Shown here one piece after another: positions 48,986 to 58,712 of a stretch of 64,000 nucleotides of DNA. The first letter of the stretch is position 1; each line of letters starts with the position of its first letter. The notes under the pieces are model-generated. The model worked only from the letters and a program-made list of their open reading frames with translations, had not been told where the DNA came from and did no database searches. A program made the position numbers and the translations under genes. Location of the stretch: positions 9,133 through 73,132 of the forward strand of contig CAVVYL010000060.1 of the NCBI GenBank assembly GCA_963752385.1, read 5' to 3'. This DNA is from an uncultured Acidimicrobiia bacterium (GTDB taxonomy: Bacteria > Acidobacteriota > Terriglobia > Versatilivoradales > Versatilivoraceae).

Positions 48986-51885
48986 TCACCGGAAGTTCTC
49001 TACCAGCATCAGATCACTGCCCTGCTGATCGATCTGCGAGTACAAGACCCAGCGCTCATCAGGCGAAACAGAAAGGCCAACAGACACCTGCCTTTCTGTC
49101 ATGGCGATCTCCCTGATCTTTCCCGTTTCAAAATCAAAAAACCGGATTGAAGAGCCCACCGAACCTTCTCGTGGGGCACAAAAATAAATGCCCTTATTGC
49201 CGACGGAAAACGTTCGAGTGAATAGAGTCTCGATGAGCCGCACCTCTGGCCCGCCTCCGACAGGAGCTTTCCACAGGCTGCCTACTTGGGTTTTGTCCCC
49301 TTCCTTAGTGTAATAAACAGAGGTTCCGTCTGGCGACTCGAAGCCTTCCACTCCCCCGTCCTGGGTCACCCGGATCGCTTCTCCTCCGTCGGCTGGCATC
49401 TTCCATATTTGATTCTCGCCACTGCGGTTTGAGGTGAAGTAAATCCATTTTCCATCTCGCGACCAGTGCGGAATGGCGTTCTCCGAAGGAGGACTGGTCA
49501 AGCGCTGCGGCTGGCCACCGTTGGCGTTGACGAGATAGACCTCATACTGTCCCTCTTTGTTTGAATCAAAAGCAATCCGCTCCCCATCGGGGGACCAGCG
49601 CGGCGATCCATTCACTGGACCATCAAAAGAAGTCAACGGCACGGCGTTGGAGCCATCGCTGTCGCACACCCAGATCTGATAGCTGCCTGAACGGTCGGAA
49701 GCAAAAGCGATCTTCTTCCCGTCAGGAGAATAGTCAGGATTACCGTCATTTCGTGTGGTGGGGATAAAGTTGACTGGCCGACTGGCTTTTCCATATGGAG
49801 TCGGGACTTCCACACGCCAGATGTTCTCCTGGGTCAGGCGCTGGACGTAAACAAGGCGGTGTCCCTGACGTGAAATGACCGGCGAACGATTATCTTCTCC
49901 TGGAAATACGAGCGGCTCGGGAATCCTGGCTCCAATGAGGGCAATTCTTGAAAGACTGGAACCTACACTCCACCCCAAGTCAGGAGAGGAAGCAAAGACA
50001 AGCGCTTGGCCATCTGGGGTCCAGGTAGCCGAGCTGACGCCAGCAGGGGGCAACTGTTCGGGCTCCCCCACTGGTTCCAGATTGCCAGAATGAGAGAGCA
50101 GATGGAGATTGGCTGTGCCAGCCCAGCTGACGATCCGAATGAAAGCTAGCGTGCCACTCTTCGGTGAAAATGCGGGATTGATATCACCGATCGATTTCGG
50201 TGTAGGGAAGGTTAGCCTCCGCTTCTCACGGGTGCCCAGTGAGAGGGAGAACAGGCTGAAGGGTTCGGCCGCGGAAGGCTTGTCGACGATGACAAGCGAA
50301 CTGCCGTCGGCGGACCAGGCCAGATAAGTGCTGAATGGATTGACACCACAGGTCAGCGAAGGCGAATGTTTGAATTTCAGTCAGTTTGGAGGCAGCCCCT
50401 CCCAGGGCCGACATCAACATCACAGTCGCCTTCCCTCCTGGAAGCCTCTGAAGGAAAGCGATTTGCCGACCGTCCGGCGACCAGGCAGGGCTAAACTCGG
50501 CAGCCGGATCACGGGTGAGACGCAGCGGCTCCGAGGAACCAATCAATTTGACGTAGATATCGAAGTTGTCGCTCTGGTCCTTATTCGCTACGAAGGCCAC
50601 CTGGTTGCCGTCCGGTGAAAAGGCAGGAGCTGTTTCAAAACCCGGATAACTGGTCAAGGGAACGGGCCTTAGAGGAGTCTGTGGCACTTGGGTAGTAGTT
50701 CGGCCGAACCAGATGGCAGTGGCTCCAATCCCTAAAATAACCAACAACAGAGTGATCCACTTCAGACTTTGGTGATGCCTGCTGTGGTGTAATCATTGGG
50801 ACTTCCCCGCTGGAGTCCAGTTCCTCCCTCAGCTCCAACAGGTTTATCTTGACGTCACCCAAGCTCTGCCAGCGACGTTCACGATCCTTGCGCAAGCATC
50901 GGTCAATGGTCCTTTCGAGGTCTTTGGGAACGCCCTTGACGACTTCACTGGCCGGCTTGGGCTCCTCACGCAAGATCGCTGTCAATATCGCCAGATTCGA
51001 CTCGCCCGTAAACACCTTCTGCCCTGTGACCATCTCATAAAGCACCGCCCCAAAGCTGAAGATGTCACTCCGGGCATCAACCTTTTTTCCTTCTGCCTGC
51101 TCCGGCGACATGTAAGCTGCCGTCCCAACAATCGTCCCTTCTTCCGTCTCGAGCTGCGCCGTGCGCGTCTCCTCTTCGTCACCCGCGACTTCAGTCAGTT
51201 TGGCCAGACCGAAGTCCAGTACCTTCACCAGGCCCTCATCAGTCACCATTACATTGGTCGGCTTCAGGTCGCGATGGATGATCCCGCCTGAATGAGCTTT
51301 GGCCAGGGCGTCGGCCATCTGGACAGCGAGCTTGAGCGTCTCATTCAGTGGCAGTCCCTTACGCGGGATCAACTGATTCAGCGTCTTGCCCGCAACATAC
51401 TCCATCACGACGAAGTCAATGCCGCCTTCGCGTCCGACATCGTGAATCGTGATAATGTTGGGATGGTTCAGTGCCGACGCTGCCCGAGCTTCCTGAATGA
51501 ATCGCCGCTTGCGTTCTGGGTCGCTCACCTGCTCTGCCGGCAATACCTTGATGGCTACAAACCGCTGTAGCCGCGTATCGCGTGCCTTGTAGACGACGCC
51601 CATCCCGCCGGTCCCCAGCAGAGAGAGGATCTGGTAAGAGCCGATCCGTTGCCCTATTAGCGACTGGGGTTCTTCTTGCGCAAACGTCTTCGTCCCTACC
51701 TCTAGGGCCGGTTCCTCCATGAATCGGTCCGCGCTCTGTTCAGACCGGAGCAGAGACTCCACTTCTTGACGCAGAGCTTCGTCGCCAGCGCAAGCCTTCT
51801 CCAGGAATGCGGCCCGCTCGTTCTCTGCCAGCTCAAGGGCTGAGTGACAAACCTTTTCAATCTGTCGCCAACGTTCAGGAGTCAT
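48986..51885 (-). pseudogene. Ser/Thr protein kinase fused to TolB-like/WD40 beta-propeller repeats, interrupted by at least two frameshifts
   Basis: ORF 50635..51885 has an N-terminal helical leader plus full kinase catalytic domain (…VAIKVL…, HRDLKPTNVMV, DFGLAK, …SPEQ…). ORFs 50226..50747 and 48986..50071 in two other frames carry TolB-like repeats (…FSPDGNQVAFV…, …YSPDGKKIAFASDRSG…QIW…). The arrangement is collinear with a roughly 960-aa kinase-TolB protein. Confidence 0.65.
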
Positions 51886-51944
51886 GAAGACAGTGATGAG
51901 TGATCAGCAGCCAATCGGGGTGAAAGCCGAGAACCCCCTCGGCT

Positions 51945-52033
51945 GCAGGTCTGGAGCAATTGGTTGACTTGGGAAGGCGGGACCGCAACCATATTAACCC
52001 TTTGAGTTAACGACCCTGATTATGAATGATCCG
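51945..52033. repeat. about 85-bp conserved element, copy 2 (kinase-upstream element)
   Basis: See 39235..39323. Located 60-150 bp upstream of the kinase ATG at 51885. Confidence 0.4.
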
Positions 52034-52154
52034 AGTATACCACTGGCTTGGTCCGAGTGCGTAGCTGACTCACGATTGGGTAAGGGAGTTCAGTACGCTG
52101 AGGAGGACAGAATGGGTGTGTGCTTAACGGGAGGGATCACTTGGACGGTTGACG

Positions 52155-52240
52155 GGCTAACCGGAAACTGACCGCGATGAAGGCTTGAGTGGCTGGATTA
52201 CTTCCGGATAGCCGACTATACGACCACTGGACTGGATCGA
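52155..52240. repeat. copy C of the about 40-bp repeat, preceded by an inverted partial copy forming a potential hairpin
   Basis: ggctaaccggaaac … (36 nt) … acttccggatagccgactatacgaccactgg. The two arms are about 11/14 complementary. Confidence 0.35.
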
Positions 52241-52870
52241 CACTCCGGCTCCAGGTGGGATCTACTGTCGAGAGGACCAGGATCAGCTCATGAGGGGAGA
52301 AGGCTCCCTCCTGGCGGGAAAGCCCTCAGCCTGAATGAGCGGAAAAAAGGATTGCTGTTTCAACGTGTATCGAAAACCGCTGCGAATTTATCCTGCGTGT
52401 TGCGGAGCGACACAGTAACACGGAGAGCGCGCTGGTGAGTCTTGTTCGCGCTGTTAATTAAATGAATCTGGCTTGTAAACCGGCCTTCTGCCCATCTGTT
52501 CAATAGATAATAGTGTATCCCCCATCAGGTCGCGAAAAAGCCGCTCGAAAACTCCAGGCTGAGAGATCAGCGACACCACCATTCTCTCCAGTGGGCTTCG
52601 CATCTTTTTCCCGAGACGGCAAGTCACACGGTGAAAATGCGCAGGGGCTGGGTCGCGACGGGTGAAGGAGTAACGATCTGCAGCTCTGGCAAAAGAGCAC
52701 GAAGCTATGGCAGCGAACGTCAAGCAACTGAAATGGCAAGCCAACGCCATTCAATCCTCGTGTAGGGCGAGGCGGAAATTATTCATTTCTTACAGTAAGT
52801 TAGCGCTGATGCGCGAAAACGCCAACTTTGCTCTCGTTTTCTCAACTCACACCGCTCACCCCAGCCCTAG

Positions 52871-53344
52871 TTAGCTCGCGTCAACCACAATCTCCGATTT
52901 GAGCGAGTTAGCGATGAAGCACTCCTCGTGTGCGGAATGATGTATCGACCGCAACTCGTCAGCGGAAGGCAGCCTGTCCACGGAGAATTCAACCTTGGGA
53001 CGCAACGTAATGCGGGTGATCAGAAACTTCCCATCTGCGTTTTTCTCCATTGTCCCGAAGGCCTCGTCCACATAGCTTTCCACAATAAATCCCCGTTTCG
53101 CGGCAATCGACAAGAACCACAGCATATGACAGCTCGAGGCGGATGCCACTAAGGCCTCCTCAGGGTCGACAGCTTCGACAACGGAGTACGGCACCGGAAC
53201 CACCATCGGCGATGAGGAGGCTTTGACTGTGACTCCGCCATCGAAGGACCACTCGTGACCTCGGCTATAGCGATTGTCGGAGAACTTGGCCCCACTCCGG
53301 TTCCATGTGATTCGAGCTTCGTATCGGTGCACACTGACCTCCAT
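52871..53344 (-). CDS. OsmC/Ohr-family protein
   Basis: 157 aa with …ASASSCHMLWFLSIAAKRGF…, the OsmC-like Cys-containing helix. ATG start. Confidence 0.5.
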   Translation of the reverse strand: MEVSVHRYEARITWNRSGAKFSDNRYSRGHEWSFDGGVTVKASSSPMVVPVPYSVVEAVDPEEALVASASSCHMLWFLSIAAKRGFIVESYVDEAFGTMEKNADGKFLITRITLRPKVEFSVDRLPSADELRSIHHSAHEECFIANSLKSEIVVDAS

Positions 53345-53507
53345 TCCAAGCCGCTCAACGACTCAAGGCCCAGCGGGTCTTTGGATACCTGGTTTTGGTG
53401 GCTAACGATTCAGGGCTCAGCCGTACCCACGCTTTTGGCGGGCGACGAGCCGGAGTGGCGGAGTTAGACAGGCGTGAAACGGCAGTCTCCTGCCACTCCA
53501 AGAGTCA

Positions 53508-54350
53508 CTACTCGATTTCCAGAATCTTCAACGTATCCCGGAAAAACATCTGTTCCATCATCTCCATGTTGAGTCTGGGCAAGGCGCTCCCGGAAAGCAT
53601 GTCGTTCAGCTTGCGCATCCCCTCAAGGCTGGCGTCAACCGTGGTAAACGGATAATCGCTCCCGAACAGAAGTTTGTTCCAGACTCCGTATTCCTGAAGC
53701 AGCATCAACGAATGATAGAGCTGGAAAGGCCGGTAATGGAGGGCCGAACAATCCGCGTACACATTCGGATGCTTGCGAATGGTGACGACGCACTCGCCTT
53801 CATAGGGATGGGAGAGATGAGCCATGATGATCTTCACCTCAGGAAACCGAATGGCGACGTCGTCAACCAGGCGGGGAAGGGTACATTCCAGCGGGGCCTT
53901 GTCCACAAACGTTGTCCCGGTGTGAAGCAGAACCGGCAACCGGTGTCGAGTAGCGTATTCCCACAAATAGTCCAACGTGCGCTCGTTGGGCTTGAAGCCG
54001 GCATACATGGGAAGAAGCTTGATTCCCTTCATCCTCAGGTCCTGGTGCCCCTGAATCAATTCCTCCTGCCAACCCGGTTGAGTGGGATCGACACAGAGAA
54101 AGGGGACGAGGTTATCTGGATGCTCGTGTACGTACGCAGCGACGTCGGCGTCGGGGACCCATAGTCCCGATAACCTGGCTTTGCCGCCAAAGACGATGGT
54201 CTTGCCGCACTTTGAAGCGGCGGCGTGATACTCCTCCCAGCGCACCGTCAGATCCACTTCGGTACTTCGCGCGCGGCGCGCCTGTTCCCGAAAGCCGTCG
54301 GTGAAGTGTTCGGGATATTTGAAGTAATGGCTATGAACGTCGACGAGCAT
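53508..54350 (-). CDS. amidohydrolase-2 family (TIM-barrel metal-dependent hydrolase)
   Basis: MLVDVHSHYF… (HxH metal motif), …LLHTG…, …IIMAHLSHPY…, …FGSDYPF…. ATG at 54350 inside a GTG-started ORF. Confidence 0.6.
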   Translation of the reverse strand: MLVDVHSHYFKYPEHFTDGFREQARRARSTEVDLTVRWEEYHAAASKCGKTIVFGGKARLSGLWVPDADVAAYVHEHPDNLVPFLCVDPTQPGWQEELIQGHQDLRMKGIKLLPMYAGFKPNERTLDYLWEYATRHRLPVLLHTGTTFVDKAPLECTLPRLVDDVAIRFPEVKIIMAHLSHPYEGECVVTIRKHPNVYADCSALHYRPFQLYHSLMLLQEYGVWNKLLFGSDYPFTTVDASLEGMRKLNDMLSGSALPRLNMEMMEQMFFRDTLKILEIE

Positions 54351-54410
54351 ATTGATCAGTATCGATGACTCAATTCTTTGAGTCACCCGGAAGGCCCAAA
54401 AAATCGTTCA

Positions 54411-55175
54411 TCAACTTTGCCCCGGTGCTAAAGCGGCTTTCATCTGTGAGAGCGCCAGCTCGTTTACTTTTCTTGCCTGCTCGATTTGCTCCAGGATCAG
54501 CTTCCTCTTGAGGCCGTCTTCTTCCTGCTGTCTGGTGAGCACATACATCTCTAAGCTGCTGCCACCCTGACGCAACTTGTCTCTCAGGTCAATTCGCTTC
54601 TGTGCCTTCTCGTCGAGTTGCTCCAGATCCGCCAGTGCCTTGTCGCGTATCCTGGCGCTATCTTTCAACAAGATCAAACTTGCGAGAGAAAGCCGATCGC
54701 TCGCGGAAAGAGCTGGGTCGATCATCAACTCTTTGATCTCGCTTCGTACCTCCGGAGATAACCGGACTAACGCTTGTGGGGCCGTCACTAGCGCTCGGAC
54801 TGATTCAACTAACCGCTTTACCCCCACATCGAAACTGGTCGCCAGGTCGATCCGCTGCAACCCTATCAACTGATACACCATGTCTTTGGGAACGACGGTC
54901 CGTCGGATTTCGACGGGTAGGACCGGTTTGTTGGCTTCCTGCGCAATGTCGAGTTCCTTCCGCACGTTGTCCGATGCAGCGGCATTGGGTGAGAGGGCAA
55001 CCAAAACGACGTCGGCAGCTTCGATAGCATCGACGATTTGCCTACGCCACTTGGCGCCGCCCAGGATGTCTTCACGATCGATCCAAACTGCGACCGCTGC
55101 GGCCTCAAGCTCCCGGACCAGCCTCTCAATAATCTGCGTGTCCTGTCGTGAATAGCTTATGAACACATGTCCCAT
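54411..55175 (-). CDS. TIR-domain protein with C-terminal coiled-coil region
   Basis: N-terminal …VFISYSRQD… and …VLVALSPNAAASDNVRKELDIAQ… (the SxN…S…EL motif with the conserved Glu). The C-terminal 120 aa are heptad-like and charged. ATG 55175, alternative TTG 55187. Confidence 0.65.
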   Translation of the reverse strand: MGHVFISYSRQDTQIIERLVRELEAAAVAVWIDREDILGGAKWRRQIVDAIEAADVVLVALSPNAAASDNVRKELDIAQEANKPVLPVEIRRTVVPKDMVYQLIGLQRIDLATSFDVGVKRLVESVRALVTAPQALVRLSPEVRSEIKELMIDPALSASDRLSLASLILLKDSARIRDKALADLEQLDEKAQKRIDLRDKLRQGGSSLEMYVLTRQQEEDGLKRKLILEQIEQARKVNELALSQMKAALAPGQS

Positions 55176-55363
55176 TCCGGTCTCCAATCAATGCTGGAAG
55201 ACTTGACGACTCCGGTTCAGCCTGCCCGCATTTTTAGGCAGGGCGGCTGCAACAGGCGGGCTAGCCCGTCCTGTTAAGTGGGCCGCAAGCAAGTCGCAGC
55301 AGTCGCAAGGGCCTTAAGTCCAGGTTCAACAGAGTGTGATCGAGTGGGATACGACGGCAAGAC

Positions 55364-56017
55364 TCACTGCCGCTCATAGAACGGGGGCGGCTCGATGCCC
55401 AAAGCGCGCAGGTAGACATACCCTTGGCCGCGATGATGGATCTCGTTGTCGATGACGTAGAAGAGTAGATCGTAGACCCGCCCCTCGTACTGACCGAAGG
55501 CTGTGGTTGTCTCCTGGAAGCGTTGCCGCGGGATCTGCCGCCAGAGGGCATCGATCTGTTTCGTGCTCTCATCCCAGAGCCGAAGAATCTCCTCCCGCGG
55601 CCGGGGCTCGCGAGTTATGGACTGATCCCAATCTCCAGTGACGATACCACGGATCATGGGCAGGGCCATGCTGAGCATCTCAAGGGCCAAGGCTCCGAAA
55701 GGGCGCATGGAGCCCACGGAGAAGGTGAAGAGCCGATCCTCAGGGAAGGCTTCGATCACGCGGCGAGTCAACCGGCGGTGGCCCTGCCAATGTTCCAGCA
55801 GGGCTTCGGGAGTGATGACCACTGCGGCCATCAGGGATCTACTGGCGCCTGTGGCAGTGGCGACTGCCGTGCTGGCAGCCTTTTTGGCTTGCTTGGCAAT
55901 ACCGGGCGTCGAACGCTTCCTGCCGGTCTTCTTCTTAGCTGTGCTCTTTTTGCTCGTGGCACGAGAAGACACCGATATTTTGGACGCAGACTTCTTACCT
56001 CCTCTTTTTGCTGGCAT
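55364..56017 (-). CDS. DinB/YfiT-like (DinB_2) family protein with Lys-rich histone-H1-like N-terminal tail
   Basis: N-terminal 70 aa are KKSASK…KKKTGRK…AKQAKKAAS. C-domain …EIHHRGQGYVYLRALG… is DinB_2-like. Confidence 0.5.
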   Translation of the reverse strand: MPAKRGGKKSASKISVSSRATSKKSTAKKKTGRKRSTPGIAKQAKKAASTAVATATGASRSLMAAVVITPEALLEHWQGHRRLTRRVIEAFPEDRLFTFSVGSMRPFGALALEMLSMALPMIRGIVTGDWDQSITREPRPREEILRLWDESTKQIDALWRQIPRQRFQETTTAFGQYEGRVYDLLFYVIDNEIHHRGQGYVYLRALGIEPPPFYERQ

Positions 56018-56348
56018 TCTTTTGCTCCTTCCGCTGGATCATCAATTGACTTTTCCGATGTCAAGGACCTTACTCTACCATACCCGTGCCATAAGGGAAG
56101 TGGCCCCACCGGCCCTTTTTCGCGCTTCCGGTTGAGCACTGGGTGATGCGGCGAATTCACCACGAAATCGTTCCAATAGATCGTACAAATCCTCGTCCGA
56201 GATAGGCGACAGAGCCTAGCAAGACTCTCATAGGCCAGCCTTCCCCGTTCCGTAGTTACTTCGTTTCCTTGTTTCGGGCTTGCCATAAGGGACGGGCGGG
56301 CATCTTTGCTCCGCTTTCCGCAGTTCGAGGTTGGATTTTACACCATGA

Positions 56349-58712
56349 TCACTGGCTGACCGGCTTCGGCTTGGCGAGGTGCTCGATCAGTTCGAGCACT
56401 GCACGGGCAGCCTTCTTGGCTGCCGGTTGGCCGCGCGCGATGTACGGGTCGAGGACGAACCGCGTCGTGTCGGAGACCGAGCTCCACTGCGTCCCTCCTT
56501 GCGATCGCTTGAAGACGTCACGGAACGATCGTTCGATGGCCGGTAGGTCCTTCGGCAGGGTGTTGCGCGCCACGGCCTCGTACAGGCGCAGCTCCGGCTC
56601 GGCGACCAGGCTCCAGAAGTCCGGGCTGGACTGGTTCTTCCCCCGGACACTGCGCCGCGCCTCTTCGAACAGTTCCGGAGGCAGACCTTTCCATTTCGCC
56701 GTCCCGGCGCGCAGAACGAGCTCCGCGGCAATCAGATTGATGGCCGGGTAAAACAGATCAGCGGCGTCGCGCTTGCGGCCGATCTCCAGCGCGCGCTGGT
56801 AGTGCGCCGCCATGGCCTCGACCGCGTGTCGTGCAGCTTCGGGGCGCCCGACGCCCGCTTCGAGCATCGCGAGGCGTTTCATCGCGGAGCCACGAAGGCT
56901 TTCGCGTTCCGAAGTGTTCCGAAACGCCGTCAACTGCTTGAAGACCTTCATCTCGTCCTTGATGGTCGTGCGAGCTGATGCCATGGCGACGCGTAGCTTC
57001 GCGCTGGCGGCAGCGCGCTGTCGCGCCACGGTCGGGCCGCCGGAGGCGCGGCGCCTGCGCCCGCCATCGTCTGCCGGGGCGGCCGCCAGCCGCTCGCGCT
57101 TCGACTGCGCCTCCTGAACGGCGTTCCACGCGTGCCGGATCCGCAGGTTGCTCAGCTGCTCGAGAATTCGGAACGAGACGTCTCCCTCCGCGTGCTCGAT
57201 CGCGGTTTCGTACCAGCGAATGGTGCTGGGCACGTCGTCTGCGGCGCTGTAGGCACGCGCGAAGAGCTCAGCCACCTCGCTCGCGTCCCAGCGCATCTTC
57301 TGCCACCGTTGCTCGAGCCGCCGCACGCGCTCGAGCTGATACGCCGCGTCGTATCCCTGAAACGTGGACTGCACCACCAAGGTCTCGAGGGCCAGCTGCA
57401 GCGCGGGTACCGACCCCACGTCCTCGAACTCGTCATCGGGCGCCTGCGGTGTCTTGCTCCAGCCGCCCCGGCCCCCGAACGTCCAATCGGGATCGCCGTA
57501 ACACTGATAGGCCGCCCACGTGTTGCCGTCGAACTCGAATGCCTTGGCGCGCGCCTCAGCCACGGCGTCGATGAGTCGCTGGCCTCTGAGCAGCGCGTCG
57601 TAGAACGTGGTCGCGAACGCGCTCGCGGCCTGATCGTCCACGGCCCAGCCGGCGGCGACGACGCACCGAACACCGATTTCGATGAGCGCTTGAGCGACGC
57701 TCGACGCAAACGCCGCGCGGTCGTACAGGCCGCGTTGCGAGGGACGGAGCAGGGAGCTGCGCGAGCCGGCCGCCAGGTGGCAGCAATTGACGAACACGAG
57801 CTCCGGCACGACGCGCATCGCCTTGATTTCGTTGGCGCCGAGGAAGGTGTCGTTCGACAACACCACGCCGCCACGGTTTCCTTTCCTGCTCAGCGGCTCG
57901 CCGTGCCCGGCGACGTGAACCACCCGCCAATTCCGCTCGAACAACGCATCCACGACCTGGCGGGCGTCGGGTCCGTCCTGGAGCTGACCCCCGGCAAACA
58001 AGTCCTTCACGCAGTCGCGATCGAGCCCCGGATTGGACGTGAGGAGACCGAAGACGTCCTTGGCCTCCTGCAGCGCGCCGGGCAGCGGCGGATACTCGGG
58101 CGGGCAGCGCGGCTCGCCAATCACGAGGATCGAAGCCTGCGCATCGGCGTCCGTGACCTGTGGGCGGAAAGTCTCGGTCCTGTACTTCCGGAGCAGCTTC
58201 GATCGAATCGCCCATGGTGGCCGCGGCGCCTGCGTCGCAACCGCGTCGTCGAGCAGCTCCCAGGGAATGCCGGCCGTGCCCTCATCCACTTCGATCTGAG
58301 TCTCACCCGAGCCGGCGAGAAAAGCCTCCAGCTCGATCGGAACCAGCAGGTTGTAGAGCGTGCGGCCGATCTGTGCCTCGGTATTCGGCTCGCTCGAAGC
58401 CGTCGCCACGAGATCGCGTAACAGCCGCGGCTGCGTCGCTTGAGCTCGTACTTCGGTGCGCGCGCGCTTGGTGTCGAGCGCGTACGCAATGAACGTGTTG
58501 CCGTTCACGTCTCGACGGGTTTCCGCCGTGATGAAGTCGTACTCAACGCCGCGATACCCCGACTCGAGTGGTCGTCGCAGCGATCCCGTCCCGGCCACAA
58601 TGGGCTCCGCGACACGGTAGCGAGACGGTGTCGCTTTGGCCTGCATCTTCAGCGCTTCCCACGCTTCGGTGGCGCGGCTCAAATACAACTCGATGAAGCG
58701 GAGCTCGCGCAC
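56349..58712 (-). CDS. CHAT-domain (caspase-fold) peptidase with C-terminal helical/TPR-like region; probably the C-terminal part of one larger frameshifted gene
   Basis: …GIPWELLDD…, His-Cys dyad context …VVHVAGHGEP… and …ELVFVNCCHLAAG…. The reading frame stays open upstream of the annotated GTG start into 58543..60798. Very high GC. Confidence 0.65.
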   Translation of the reverse strand: MRELRFIELYLSRATEAWEALKMQAKATPSRYRVAEPIVAGTGSLRRPLESGYRGVEYDFITAETRRDVNGNTFIAYALDTKRARTEVRAQATQPRLLRDLVATASSEPNTEAQIGRTLYNLLVPIELEAFLAGSGETQIEVDEGTAGIPWELLDDAVATQAPRPPWAIRSKLLRKYRTETFRPQVTDADAQASILVIGEPRCPPEYPPLPGALQEAKDVFGLLTSNPGLDRDCVKDLFAGGQLQDGPDARQVVDALFERNWRVVHVAGHGEPLSRKGNRGGVVLSNDTFLGANEIKAMRVVPELVFVNCCHLAAGSRSSLLRPSQRGLYDRAAFASSVAQALIEIGVRCVVAAGWAVDDQAASAFATTFYDALLRGQRLIDAVAEARAKAFEFDGNTWAAYQCYGDPDWTFGGRGGWSKTPQAPDDEFEDVGSVPALQLALETLVVQSTFQGYDAAYQLERVRRLEQRWQKMRWDASEVAELFARAYSAADDVPSTIRWYETAIEHAEGDVSFRILEQLSNLRIRHAWNAVQEAQSKRERLAAAPADDGGRRRRASGGPTVARQRAAASAKLRVAMASARTTIKDEMKVFKQLTAFRNTSERESLRGSAMKRLAMLEAGVGRPEAARHAVEAMAAHYQRALEIGRKRDAADLFYPAINLIAAELVLRAGTAKWKGLPPELFEEARRSVRGKNQSSPDFWSLVAEPELRLYEAVARNTLPKDLPAIERSFRDVFKRSQGGTQWSSVSDTTRFVLDPYIARGQPAAKKAARAVLELIEHLAKPKPVSQ

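Noticed and set aside
52454-52750. 98-aa minus-strand ORF in the gene-poor stretch
   Set aside because: Odd composition and no motifs. It lies in a region that looks non-coding. Kept only as part of the finding on that stretch.
57132-58421. Long plus-strand ORFs (429 aa at 57132..58421, also 56978..57574, 59356..60603) antisense to the hydrolase-CHAT genes
   Set aside because: Arg/Ala/Gly/Pro-rich low-complexity translations with no motifs. They are typical spurious open frames on the opposite strand of very GC-rich coding DNA.
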